A stretch of 64,000 bases of DNA from a virus. Its lineage: Duplodnaviria; Heunggongvirae; Uroviricota; Caudoviricetes. The translations under genes were made by a program, and so were the position numbers. The DNA is taken from IMG/VR virus record IMGVR_UViG_3300021431_000083. One strand, written 5' to 3'. Positions 1 through 12,777 of the stretch are shown piece by piece. The notes beneath the pieces are model-generated. The model was not told the origin of the DNA and made no database searches. It was given only the letters and a program-made list of their open reading frames with translations. Position 1 is the stretch's first letter; each line of letters begins with the position of its first letter.

Positions 1-1398
1 ATTTTGTGTAAAGATTGGATATTGACCACCCAACGTATCTATCTTTGTACGATTAACTGCATTATTCCTATTGGATATTTGAAAATCAAATTCTATCTTT
101 AACATTCTATTTTTCTTTAACATTCTATTTTTATCAGAAAATATTCCGCCATAAAAATCACAATGTAAAATATCATTACTTTCAATATAAATAGGTTTAT
201 AAAAATTTTCACCATTAATATATTGTAACTGATAACGATAACCAGTCATACTTTCAATTGTATTATCTTCTATAATTAACGGTAAAGAAGAAAGCTTATA
301 AGCACCTATTAAATCTCATTGTTTAAAATTTGTTTGATGTGAAGCTCGTCGTACAACCAAATTACCTTCGCTGAGAGTATTTAGTCCTTCGCTTAATGAT
401 GTAATATTTAATTTAATTATACCATTTTCATTATCAATATTTTTAGTATATTTAATATTTATATTTTGATTGGTATAATTCTCTATTGTAACAGTCATAA
501 TGATAGAATTATGATATCCGTTATTCGTTTCATATTCAATTTTTCAATAATAAGATCCTCTTGATGTATCAACAGTACAATTAATTTCATTTTTAGCATT
601 TATGTCCGCATATATTATATTTGTATCAAAATATAATGTAGATGATGCAGATATTTCAGATTGAATTTTAATTCTGTATCAAGATAGTCATTCAGTATTA
701 TTTTTTGAATATATATTTTCATCATATTTATATTTATCAAAAGTTAAATTTCCATTAACTGATATATTAGTACTTGGAAATACTGAAGAATTATTCTTAA
801 TATTAATATCAAATGTAGGAATAAAAATAGATTTTATTAAAGTTCCAGTTGACCATTCTGAAAAATTATCTTGATTATAATTTGTATAAGCAGCTAATTT
901 TAAAGCATTTGCGGCTTTATTAGAATTACTAGTCCAATAGAAGAACTCTGTTGGATTTGAATATTCTGTAGAATCCTTGGGAAGTGCGGGATAACCATCA
1001 CTACCAGTTAAATCAAATCGTAATTGAATTTTATAGTATTGATCGGGATTATAATATGGGCTAGTTTTAATTACTTGCGGTGGTATAGTAATTTTATACA
1101 TTTTTTTAGAAGAATCTCATAAAATGTCTTTCATATTTTTTACTACGCCATTTTTTTCTTCATAGCAAGAAATAGGGTAGTATTGCGGGTAAACATTTGC
1201 ACTACCATTTTTACCCGCAAATACATTTTCATTATTTCGTTGATCTACCATTGAAACATGAATAAATCTAATTTTATTTAACATATCTTCATTATAAGAA
1301 GATAGTTTAAATCACACCTCAGCAGATTCATTATAGCAGAAAGAAGGCATAAATGTCTCTACTTGCGGTGGATATATTGTGTTTATTGTTGTTGCCAT
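1..1398 (-). CDS. Virion structural protein (tail/baseplate region), runs off the left edge; needs TGA=Trp
   Basis: ATG at 1398 downstream of AAGGAGG; frame open to base 1 with 6 TGA and no TAA/TAG; joins track ORFs 688..1101 and 316..498. Confidence 0.75.
97..132. repeat. Exact 18-bp tandem duplication (ctttaacattctattttt x2)
   Basis: Seen directly; in frame, gives KNRMLK-KNRMLK. Confidence 0.9.
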
Positions 1399-1414
1399 TT
1401 TTTATTATGCCTCC

Positions 1415-2620
1415 TTACTTACCGAATTGATAAATGATTGTTGAAGAATACGGATAATTACCATCTATACTTTGCCCATAAGAACCGAATCTATCTTTTG
1501 CAACTACAGACCAATGATATGTTGTAAGATCACCATAAGTATATCAATATCCGCCGCTATCTGATGTATTATGTCCTTTAAAACTTGGGGCAATTGGACG
1601 TCTATCTGCTTCAGTTGAATATAATATTCTTTTAAAACAACTCGACCTTCCTTTAAAAGTTTTTTTGTCTGGTAAGGTACAACCTAAAAAAATAACAAGT
1701 GTTTCAAATTGTGGTCACACTTCAATATTTTTATATAGCTTAGTAGTCATTTGTGTATTATATTCACCATATGGATGGCCACAAAGATTTTGTAAATCTG
1801 GTCAAGGAGTCTCACGTATATATCCATTTTCATTAACATAAAAAGGACCATCTAAAGCATGGCCATAACGATCATCGCTTCAGCCTAAGAATTTTTGAGT
1901 TTTTCTTAAATTAGTTATTCTTCCAGCTCAACTAGAATATTTTACTTCAGTAATTTTTTTATTTAAATATTTAACAAAATCTGTACCATATAAAATCTTA
2001 TGAAAAGGAACTGATTTTTTTGTTGTTGTTATATATTTTTTCTCTTTTTCATCGTAATATTTAAAAGAAGATTGTCCTTTTATTGCCTTTTTATTAATTT
2101 TTTTTGTAGAAGTATTAGATATATTATGAACTGTTATTGTATAAGTTGGAACAGCTCAATGTGCATATAATGTTATCTCAGGCAAAATATCATCTTGACG
2201 ATAATTAAATAAAATGTCTTTTAAGTCATTTACTTCATCAATTTGTTTTCCACCATCTTTAGCTGTTCACCACCCTAAAAATGAAGCTACATCATTATAC
2301 TTCTGTAAATCTGGCAAGCCATCTTCATATTTATAATAATAATCATTTGACTTTCTATAAAAACCATCATTATAAAATGCAAAATAAACTTTTGGAATAA
2401 CCCTTTCCATCCACTTAGGTTCCGTACCTGGGATAGGACGCTCTTCTTGATTGCTATCTTTATACGTATAATTAATATCTAAATTAACTTTGCCTTTTGC
2501 ATATATCAACTCATCTTTATTATCAGTAATAACCAGTCTATATTTTTCAACATCGTCTACTATTAATTGTCTTATAGGTTTTTCAAGATTATCGCTATTA
2601 TAAACTAATGTTGCCGCCAT
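1415..2620 (-). CDS. Putative virion/tail-associated protein, 401 aa, 7 TGA
   Basis: ATG with AAGGAG; read-through of TGA gives FLGWW and FLGWS motifs; stop TAA at 1415-1417. Confidence 0.75.
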
Positions 2621-2631
2621 TTGAACTCCTT

Positions 2632-5600
2632 TTAAATACTTCCTTTATATGTATTTGGTTTCATCGTGTGAAAATTTCACTCATATTTTTTACTATCTTC
2701 TTCACTAAAAGCACCTTCAGGACTATTTTCTCTAGCTACATTTCTTAATCTCAAAGTATTACCATCACAAGCAATTCCTCAACGACAAGTATTATATCAA
2801 TCAAATAATCGTTCAAAATTTTCTGCTAAAAACTTAAAATAAGTTTTATCTTTTTTAATTAAATAAATTGCTTTCTCTATATTATTAACTTTATTATCAT
2901 CAGTATATCCTATATAAAGATTTTGCGCAGTATATAAATTGTTTTTTATAGAAACTTTACCCATAAGAGTTGACGGTCCTTCAACAGTAAGACCTTGACG
3001 ACCTTTAACAGTGATTTTATTATCAATATTTATACCAATGCTTCCATTAGAAGTAGATGATAATTGAATAAAATGTTGTTGTTGCTGATCTAAAAGTGTG
3101 GGAGCTTTCATTTGAATAAAAGCATTTCTATTCTTTAAAGTAATAATATTTTGATTAATATCAAATTCTAATTTCATGTTTTTAAAAGTAAAAGCACCTT
3201 TTTTATCATTTATTTTTATTGAATAGCCGCCGATAGTTTTTAATTCAACCTCGTTTGGACTAATAGCAAGACCAGTTTTCTTTTCTCCAACTTGTAGTTG
3301 AATTTTAGGTTCTTTTATTGTTTTTGTCACTGTTTGATCATCATTAGTTTCTTCTTTTGAAATAATATCAACAAAAGCGTTTATTCTATAATGACCATAA
3401 TCAATTAAAGTACTAGTTGCTTCAGTTCCTTTAAGGCTACTTCCATCGACAGAAGAAAGAATATACTCAGGAGTTTTTATTCGTACATACTTTTTATTTT
3501 TATTAGCAATTTGATATTGAATAATTTCATCAGGGAATGCTATTACCATTGAATTTGTATTAATAGATAAGTTTTTATTTAATTCAATTTTATTATTATC
3601 ATCGGATTGAATTTTAACTCCAAGTTTTCTATTACTATTAATTTTGCCAATTTGAATAAAACTAACAGCTTCTGGAACAGTATTTTCATTATTACTAGAA
3701 TACTGACTTGCAGCTAATTCAATATATCCATTTTCAGCAGTACGAATACTAATACTACCCTTATCATTTTGTCCTTGTGTAATATAAGTAGTATTCATTT
3801 GAGATTGAGATCCTGCTTTTTGAGAGAATATTTTTAATATAGGAACATAATTATTAGAAGAACCTTCTGCTCTAATTTCTTGACCATAAAGTTTAGGAAC
3901 TTTTCCAAAAGCATGAATTACACCAGTGCGGCTATATGTTTTTTTATCTTGTAGTCCCGCACTAAAAAAGCGACCGTTTTCATCAAGACCAACTCGGATA
4001 AATTCTTTTCAATAGATAAGTTGACTATTCAGAGTATCCTCATCAATTTCAATTCAAGTATTACTCGAATTTTTATTTTCAAATCAACTATTTACAATAC
4101 TAGCTTTTAAAGTTTTTATGTACTTATAAGATATATTATTATTTTCAGCTATATCAATATATCCATATTGTTTTTCATTACTAGTATTTTTAGAAGAATT
4201 AACTCTTTTTTTATAATCATCATAAAAACATACTCTTATACTATTATTTTTTCAATATGTCTTAGCATAAGGCACACCTTGAAGATTTATAATACCGGTA
4301 TCATCTTTAACGCAGAGTTTGTTTTCACCTTCTGGTGGTTTTGATCCTTTAACATTTTCTTTATTAATAACTCAATTAATATTAAAATTTCAAAAAACTT
4401 CTTGTTTATTATAATTATTTGAATTATTTTGATCCTTATCTCATTGTCCTCAATTTATTTGATAAATATTTTTATCTATCATGTCAACAACGTTCTCATT
4501 AATTAATCTATAAAAAGGTATCGTGTTAATGTCAGTATTTACAGTATTTTTAATACTATCCTTCTCTGCCGTTGGAGTACCTACGCTAAAATTTTCTTTC
4601 CCTTCATTTTGAACAACAGTAAAAGTAGCAATACGTCGTTCAGTGCCAGTAGTATCTTTATCAGTATTATTGTATGTCGATAATTCTGTTTCATACCCGA
4701 ACGTTTCAAGAGTATAGGCACCTTCTGAATAAAAACTAATATATCAAGGATTTTTAGCAGTCGGAAGCGGATAACTTGAATTATTTATTGTTTTTATTGT
4801 TGTAAGATTTTCCCATCGAGTATCTTGGTTACTAAAGAATTTTGCCAAATTCGTACCATCTGTTTGGCCTGCTGCAATCGCGGTATCACTACCTTTTCTT
4901 CAAAGAATAAAATCGTATTTTTTAGAAGCATAACTACTATTTAATTTAAAATAAAAATCACATGTATTACTATATTTCATAAAAGTATATTTTCCAGAAA
5001 TAGAATTTTTTCCATCATCTAATTTTGCTGTAAAACTAATCTCACTTCCAGAACTATAATTTTGAATTGACACCACACCATACTCAGAATCAGGAGCTGC
5101 TTTATATTGCTCAGCAGAATCACTTTTAATAGTACATGAACAACAAGTATTTATAGTATATTCTTTAATATAAAGTTTTAATTTTAATTTATACTCCGTA
5201 TTTTTAATTAATCCATTATTATTAATAGAATATAAAATAATATCTGAATTATTTTGAACTGTTAAAAGATCAATTATTTCTGATTCTAATATTGCTGCAT
5301 TAATTCCATCATTATCATTTAAAACAACATAAAATTGTAAATAATTGTCCGCAGAATTATCTAAATTTATTCCAGATAAATCATAGTTTATTTGACTATT
5401 AGAAAGTTTTATCTGATAAAGACTTTTATCTGATGTATTTTTTACAGTACCTATTTTAATATCTTTTTCAATAGACCCTGTTTTATTACCTTGATCATCA
5501 ACAACTTCTTGAATATCTTTAGTGTATTCAAAATTAACCACAAAACTGTTATTTGAAACAGTTTCTTCAGTAGTACATTGCCATCCTTCACCATTAGAAG

Positions 5601-8600
5601 AACCTTCTGTACCATTTTTCCAAGTTAAATTATTTGGATTATAAGTAATAACACCAGTATCTTTATCACAAGAAAAAACAGGATTATCACCAGCAGTCTT
5701 TTTAAAATTAACTTCTGGTAAAATATCTTTAAAGAATACACTACTATTTATAATTATATTTGAATTACTCCCACTATTTACTCAAATTACATTATTATCA
5801 TCTTGATAATAGGGTTGATAATTACCATTTGCATCTGTAGCTAATGAATAGATATAATATTCTGTATCTTTTTGGGAAGTAAAACTATTAATATTTTTAT
5901 CAGCTTGATAATCTCTTACAATAGTTACATCATTATTTGATGTTACATCTCTGTAACCAAAGTGTAAATCATCTATATTTTCATCGCCAAATCCAGAAGT
6001 ATGCTGAATAATAGAAAATAATGAATTATCACCAGGATCCATTCTTAATTCAAGACTATCACCAGGACTAATATTATTATACTCATCTTGATAATTAATA
6101 TTTTGTAAATTATTATTTTTATAAACTTCACCTTTAACATGAATATAAGGCTTATCTGAACTAAGAATAATACCATGCTTATCGTGCGGCACCATGATTT
6201 TTTCTAATTTATCAGGATGATCTATATCATGTCGAATATCATAAGTACCATCAACTATATTATAAAGAAAACGATTACCAATTTTCCAGTTACCAATTTT
6301 ACTAATACCGCCAGGAATTAATTCAATACGACCTTCATCAATTCCTACATTTGAATCCTGTTCTGGTAAACCTAAATAAGTACTACCTGTTTTAGCATCA
6401 ATAAAAACGGATTGTTTTCCATTTGAATAACCTATTAAACCAACTTTTTCAGCTCTGTCAGCTTTATCTAAAACACTCTCTGTCTTATTTTGGTCTGGTG
6501 TTGCTGTATTACTAATAGCACCCATGACCATACCTGTGAAAGTATTTGTAGCACTATCTTTAATACCCGCACCTATCTGCGGTGTTAAAATATGGTCATC
6601 ACCAATTTCAACATTTGTACCATCTCAACCATTCAAAGCCGCAAGTTCATATGTATTTAAAGTCATTATAATTGGTACATATACTTTAGCAACTACATTA
6701 TCCTTATTACCTTGTTTAATATGGACAGTACCAACAACATTGTTATTCATATATAAACCATTAAAACTCTTCTTAGAGTCAGGCATAACATAAATTCAAT
6801 TTAATTGTTGCGGATTTTGACCTTTTAACAATGACATTCAAACACTTAATGTGTCAGATTCTTCTGCTACATGATACTTCTGAACATTTAAAAATAATTG
6901 TTGATAATAAGCATATATTTTTCTAATACCATCATATACTTCTGCCATTTCTTCCCCAGAAGCTTTTATAACAGCTTTAATATTTTCTTTAATATTATTT
7001 AAATCTCAATCAGTAACAATTGAAGCATACTGGTTCTTAACCTTTTCTTTTAAATCCTCGCTTGGATAATTATAATTATTATCATCAAGACGAGCATTAG
7101 TTTCATCTACTAATAGATTTAAATAAGCCATTAATACTTGAGTACACTCAACCAATAGAGGATGACCTGTATATGTAGTCTTATCATTATATTCATTTAA
7201 ATAATCTTTTATAGTTTTATCAAACAAAGTACTCTTATCTATTATCGCAGTACTACTATCATCAGAACGACTATTATAAACCTGTTTATATCTTTCAACT
7301 AATTGTTCTATATTAGAAATATCACCAACATTAGTATTATTTTGAATATGCAAACGATCTTCTGTAATAACACTTGGTCACTCACTATTTCAGATAGCTT
7401 GTACTGCATCATATGGCTTAGTACATGCGGCGTTTATATCTTGCCGCGACTCATATTCTTCTTTTATCGTTTCAAATAATTCAGAATATATTTGATAAAC
7501 AATATTAATTTGACTATTTTCTCTATCAGGACTATCTTTTAAGAAAGTATCTAGTCTATTCCAAAGTGAATCTAATTTTATCGGAATGGTTAATAAACCA
7601 TCTATAGCAATTCGCTCAATATCATTTAAGAATCTCTTAATATATTCTTGAGTATTGACATCTATAGCACCTTCCGCACAAGCTTGTCCTCTATCTTGAA
7701 TATCTAAAATCCTAGTTTGAACACTAACAACATCATCAGCAATTTTTAATGTTGTATCTCCTTCTTTTACTCTTGGAGTTTTAGATAATAATAAATTAGG
7801 ATTATTATTTGTAGGACCGCCAGTAGCAATTCATTCTAAATAACCATTTCAATTTTCTAATTCTACATGGACACCCTGATTCTCATTATAAATAGGATTA
7901 TTACCACTAGAATCATATAATACAGTTTTTAAAGTATCTTTATCTATAATCCTAATAGGATAGTGCTCATAATCATATCCGCTTTCATATTCAATCGCGG
8001 GAATACCATAAAAACTATGATAATATTTACCTTGTAAACTAACTTCTGCTTCTACAATTCTAGTATCTAATTTAGTTAAATCACCATTATATGCAATGGT
8101 ACATTCATTACTGTTATTACTAGTACCACTTACTTTATAGGTGCGGCCTTGATCTTTAGAGGTTCCCGCAATAGTTCACTTAGTATTATATCCTAATACT
8201 TGATTATTATTAGTATATAAATTAGCTTCTAAAACAGGAGTACTAATAGAATTACCATTATTATATTTAGTACTATTAGACTGTTTGATAATTGTTAAAG
8301 GTTCATCAACTGGAATATTAATAGTTGTAATTTTATCTATCTTTACAACAGTATCAGTACCATTTGTACCAATCTCACCAATTTTAGTAAATAATAAATT
8401 TGTAGTTTGTCGATATTCTGTACCATCCGCATGTGTGACAATAACAGTTAATTGATTATTGTTACATTGACTATCATAACTATCTTTAATGCTCAACGGA
8501 TAAACATTACCAGAATAATATCTTTCACCAGTAACTACATCTGTTTGCAATCCAAGAGTAGGAATATTTATTAAGGTTCTATCTTGCGGCACAACCCATC

Positions 8601-10500
8601 GAACTTTTCTAGGAGTTACTTCCGCACCTTGCGGATTATGGAATACTGCTGTTAAATCTAATACATTAATAGGATTCTTTACTTTTTCACTATTGGGAGC
8701 AATACCGGCTTCATTATATTGAAATACTTGTGATCCATTCGTAATAGTAATATAATAATTATTGTTAATTACATTCTTAGAGTTTTGTAATGTAATAGAC
8801 CCGTAACCAACATAAACTCCGCCTCTATAAACAGAACAAGAATAAATAACATAATTATTAGTATTTTTTAACTTGCAAGTAATTTGCGGCCCATGCACTC
8901 CATTTGGATATGATATATTTTCTAATTGTGAAATTCGAGTAGAATAATAAGACAATATTTCAGTTATTTTGCCGCTATTTTTACTGTCCTGAAGTTTTTC
9001 GTCTCTTTCTTTTTCTAATTGAGCTTTTGTACCATCTAAAACTATAGTACCAAACTCTTCATCTTCTTTGCTTCAAACAAAAGAAAAAGCGCTATCTGAA
9101 TATTTATCTTGATAATCACGAGTTTTACCGTTAATTAAACAGGTTAAAGTTGGACTACCTTCATTGAATTGAAAGTTTGTACCTTGATCACTTTCAATCG
9201 TAATGTTTATATCATTATTATTATTGTATAAAGAAACAGAAGCTTTTAATACAATACTTGATTCGTATGTTACAGTACAAATATAAGTATTTTCTCTTGC
9301 AGTAAGATCACCTACATTTAATACCAGCTCATCTTTTTTATTATCAAGGTATCTATATCCCGTACCTATTTTAAAATTATACCCATCAGTAGTTGAAGTG
9401 ATGGACGGGTCTTTGACTCCTCAATAAAAAACAGCATCCTTATTGATAATCTGACCTAAATAACTTAAATTAGCACTAATCTTTAAGTCTTTATTTTCAC
9501 CTTGTTTAATAGTATTACCTCAAGGAGTAGTTAATCTTAACTTATAACCATTTTCGGTAGCAGAAATTTCATCAAGAGCAACAACTTCTAGCTTGTCTAT
9601 ATATATATAAATATCATCGTCATTATCATGTGCCGCGATATCTTGATCAACGAACCCTTCACTAAAAGCGACAATAGAATCTATATATAAGAAATTTTCA
9701 CCATCAAAATTCTCTATAGTATATTGTGAAGTATAATCATAAAACCGCATTGGATTACCAGTCATTTTACTGGTATCAAGAACATAAGCAATTAATCTTG
9801 GAGGATAAACAGTTTCCCCATTTTCATCTGTTTGCGGATTAGTAGTATCCGCAAATGCAATATTTACAATAATACCATAGTTACCAATTTTATCAGTATC
9901 TATTGAAGCTTTAAACCTACTTCTAATTAATAATGCTTTTGCATTTTTAGCAGAATTACTAAATTCTTCCTCATTAATATTTACACATGGATAATTGAAA
10001 TTATCATATTTATCATTTAATTCACTAACATTACTTGGATTCCGCAAATAACAGTAATAGTAATGCATCTGAAGATGTGAATTTAAAGACAACGGCTGCA
10101 TCTTATGGGTTTTAATTTCACCCTCTTCAGCAGAATACTTATTTTCAATAATAGCATTATCACCAAGAGTAACATAGTCATTTAATAAACCCGTAGTTGG
10201 TGATTTAGGTAATAAGTCTTCACCATTTTCAGTTCTTCCGATGATAAATTTCTTTTGTCCCATATCATCTTCTGGAACTAATATATAAACTTGTTCTCCT
10301 TCTTGATAAACTTCTGTAGAACCAGACTGAGTGTATGCATAAAAACTTCCACCATTACAAGTAACAAAATACTTACCTTCAGAAGTACTAACAACTTTTT
10401 CAACAATGGCTTTAATCGTTTTATCAGAAGAAACTTCTTCTATGGTTTTATTGGCAATAATAGAAATAGCATCTAATAATGTTTTTGTTAAATTCGCCAC
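2632..10500 (-). CDS. Very large tail/baseplate-type structural protein, 2622 aa, about 26 TGA
   Basis: GTG start with AAGGAG; six track ORFs (9520, 8176, 7006, 5782, 4900, 2797) share one frame and are separated only by TGA; stop TAA at 2632-2634; function inferred from size and context. Confidence 0.8.
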
Positions 10501-10538
10501 TATTACACACTCCTTTATCTCTGAATATATTTCTATTG

Positions 10539-10574
10539 TATATAAAAATTAAAATTTATAAATTACTGTATTTT
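10539..10574 (-). promoter_or_regulatory. Candidate phage late promoter AAAAT-N4-TAATT-N16-TATATA
   Basis: Same motif and spacing at 58440-58475; variants at 11851-11886 and 38044-38079; no sigma70 consensus here. Confidence 0.45.
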
Positions 10575-10589
10575 GATATTCAAACCATA

Positions 10590-10622
10590 TAAAAAAATAG
10601 CCTGCAAGTAAATGCAGGCTAT
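10590..10622 (-). terminator. Intrinsic terminator
   Basis: Stem atagcctgca/tgcaggctat followed by a U-tract on the minus strand. Confidence 0.85.
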
Positions 10623-10628
10623 TATTTA

Positions 10629-10814
10629 TTAATTATCTCCTAAAACAATCCATTGTTTTTCTGAAGTAAGAATATAAATATCTCCAGTAGAAATACACAG
10701 AGCAGTAGAACCTCAACCGCAACTAGTTGGCAAATCGGGAACATCTGCGGGAGTTTCAAGAATATATTCTTCCCAGTCGAAGTCTCTGTCATCACTTAGT
10801 TGTTTAACTGCCAT
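10629..10814 (-). CDS. Small hypothetical protein, 61 aa, 1 TGA
   Basis: MAVKQLSDDRDFDWEEYIL...SCG(W)GSTALCISTGDIYILTSEKQWIVLGDN; stop TAA; absent from the ORF track. Confidence 0.7.
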
Positions 10815-10823
10815 AATATTCAC

Positions 10824-11132
10824 CTACTCTTGGACTGGTGGCTGTTCATTCACAAGGAATTTTTCAACCGTCTCTTTAGCATTTGAACTAGTTGCACTAA
10901 TTGTCTTAGTTGTTGAAGTAGTTGTAACATTACTTTGTAAACTTTGACCATCGACATAAGCTTCTGCAGCCGCATAAATTGCCGCACTTAATACCGCACA
11001 AACAATACCAACAGCCGCAATAATTTCATTATTAGTCGCAATAGCACTAATAGAAGCTCCAACAGAAGCTAAAAATGCGGCAACAGCCATTCAGAATTTA
11101 CGAGAACCTAACTTACTAGATAGAGATTGCAT
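10824..11132 (-). CDS. Holin-like membrane protein, 102 aa, TGA at codon 14
   Basis: MQSLSSKLGSRKF(W)MAVAAFL...; SRKFW N-terminus plus two hydrophobic segments; SD GAAAGGTGG; stop TAG. Confidence 0.7.
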
Positions 11133-11148
11133 TAAACCACCTTTCTCT

Positions 11149-11370
11149 TTATTCTTCTGTATCATTATCAATGACTTCTGGCTGAACTACTTCATTATCC
11201 TCGGGCGGCTCTTCGATAACATCCTCACCAATCTCAGTAATAACGCACCCCTGAACAATTAAATAGGCACCCTCCATTTGCTGTGCCTTCTTAATAGCTC
11301 CAACCATATCATCGGCAATATCAATAATAGTATTATTACTTCTACGAACAATATAGTATACAAAATCCAT
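11149..11370 (-). CDS. Hypothetical acidic protein
   Basis: Complete ORF with AAGGAG and stop TAA. Confidence 0.7.
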   Translation of the reverse strand: MDFVYYIVRRSNNTIIDIADDMVGAIKKAQQMEGAYLIVQGCVITEIGEDVIEEPPEDNEVVQPEVIDNDTEE

Positions 11371-11382
11371 TATAGTAGCTCC

Positions 11383-11832
11383 TTATAGAAAACGTAGCAT
11401 GTAATGATAAGGATCAAAAGCCTTCTCTGTATTCTCATGTCTGTAATTGATTAGATTGTCAAGTATATCAGATAGCTCTTTATCAATATCCTTAGTCTTT
11501 TGAGGAGCAGCATCATTCTTGGTAGGTGCGGGAGCTTTCTTTAGCTCATTAATTTCATTAGTTAAATTGGCTTTATCTTCTCTTAAAGTATCTACCAAAT
11601 CTTGAAGATAAGTAACCCTCTCTTCTAGAGTCATTTCTTTTGGTTCAGGTTCAGACTTAGAAATAATTTGTTCTTGTAGATCATCCATAATACTATTTAG
11701 ACCGACAACAAAACTATCCCCATCATATTCTGAATAAGCAGAATAATCAGCTGTCTGCATATCGCATTCCATATGATACTGACCATCTTTGTTTTCAACA
11801 TAACAAGATGCACTAAAAGAATCTGTAATCAT
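11383..11832 (-). CDS. Hypothetical protein with coiled coil
   Basis: Complete ORF with AAGGAG. Confidence 0.75.
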   Translation of the reverse strand: MITDSFSASCYVENKDGQYHMECDMQTADYSAYSEYDGDSFVVGLNSIMDDLQEQIISKSEPEPKEMTLEERVTYLQDLVDTLREDKANLTNEINELKKAPAPTKNDAAPQKTKDIDKELSDILDNLINYRHENTEKAFDPYHYMLRFL

Positions 11833-11850
11833 AAAATCTCCTTTTTCTAT

Positions 11851-11886
11851 TTAATATTAAATAATCCTTCAATATTATTTAATTTT
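11851..11886 (-). promoter_or_regulatory. Variant of candidate late promoter (AAAAT-N4-TAATA-N16-TATTAA)
   Basis: Same spacing as 10539-10574; AT-rich context weakens it. Confidence 0.3.
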
Positions 11887-11892
11887 CAATTA

Positions 11893-12777
11893 TTAAAGAT
11901 TATTATTTTTTGATAAAATTATATCATCAACCATCTCTTCTAGACTCGGTAAGCCATATTGAGAATCTTTATAAACTAAATTATTATCAGCATTACGATA
12001 GCCCATTAATAGTAATCGTCTGCATTTAGAGCAAATATTATCCGCAGACATAGTACAACGATGTTTACATACTGACCTTAGTCGAGTAAGTTCAGGTGGA
12101 ATTGATTTCGTTGGATAAGATAATGATAAATCTTGATTCATAAAGTCTAAATCACTATCCCAATCGTGATCAATAAACCATTTACGATAAAGAACTTCCG
12201 CCTTGGCCCAGTCATAGTCTACGCCGCAATCAAATTCACCAACGTCATAATATTGACTTAAAAACTCATAATCTTGCGGTCGATATACTTGAACAGATGG
12301 ACAAGTTGAAACAAGTAGACTCATTACTGGAAGCCTATTAAGAATAGTTCTTAATTTAATCCCACATTCCTCACATTGTTTATAAACTTCTTCAAGATTA
12401 TATGTTAAATCATCTGTAATATAAATACCTTTTACCTTACGAGCAAGACACCATTCCAAGAGTGAATATGAATAAATAGGCATTGTATTATCAAAAATGT
12501 AATTAATATTATTATCTTCATATTCTTGGAGGTATCGAAGTTCCCATTGGTGAATACGAATATAAACATTATCAAAATCACTACAAAGATTTATAATATC
12601 TTCTACGCTATATCCCTCTTCTGCAAATTCAATATTTATTTGATGTGATGGATACATCTTAATAAATTTTCTAAGTTCTTCAAAAGAACTATGCTCTGTA
12701 AATTTAATATTGAACTCATCTATATCTTCGTGTTTAATATAACTATCTAGAAGCTGATAAGGTGCCGCAAACTTCAT
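11893..12777 (-). CDS. Hypothetical protein with C-terminal Cys cluster (possibly U32/TIM-barrel-like)
   Basis: 294-aa ORF, CKHRC...ICSKC; family assignment tentative. Confidence 0.6.
   Translation of the reverse strand: MKFAAPYQLLDSYIKHEDIDEFNIKFTEHSSFEELRKFIKMYPSHQINIEFAEEGYSVEDIINLCSDFDNVYIRIHQWELRYLQEYEDNNINYIFDNTMPIYSYSLLEWCLARKVKGIYITDDLTYNLEEVYKQCEECGIKLRTILNRLPVMSLLVSTCPSVQVYRPQDYEFLSQYYDVGEFDCGVDYDWAKAEVLYRKWFIDHDWDSDLDFMNQDLSLSYPTKSIPPELTRLRSVCKHRCTMSADNICSKCRRLLLMGYRNADNNLVYKDSQYGLPSLEEMVDDIILSKNNNL

Noticed and set aside
1-10500. Fragmented ORFs read as pseudogenes or a decayed prophage
   Set aside because: Every break is TGA in a single frame, with no frameshifts and no TAA/TAG
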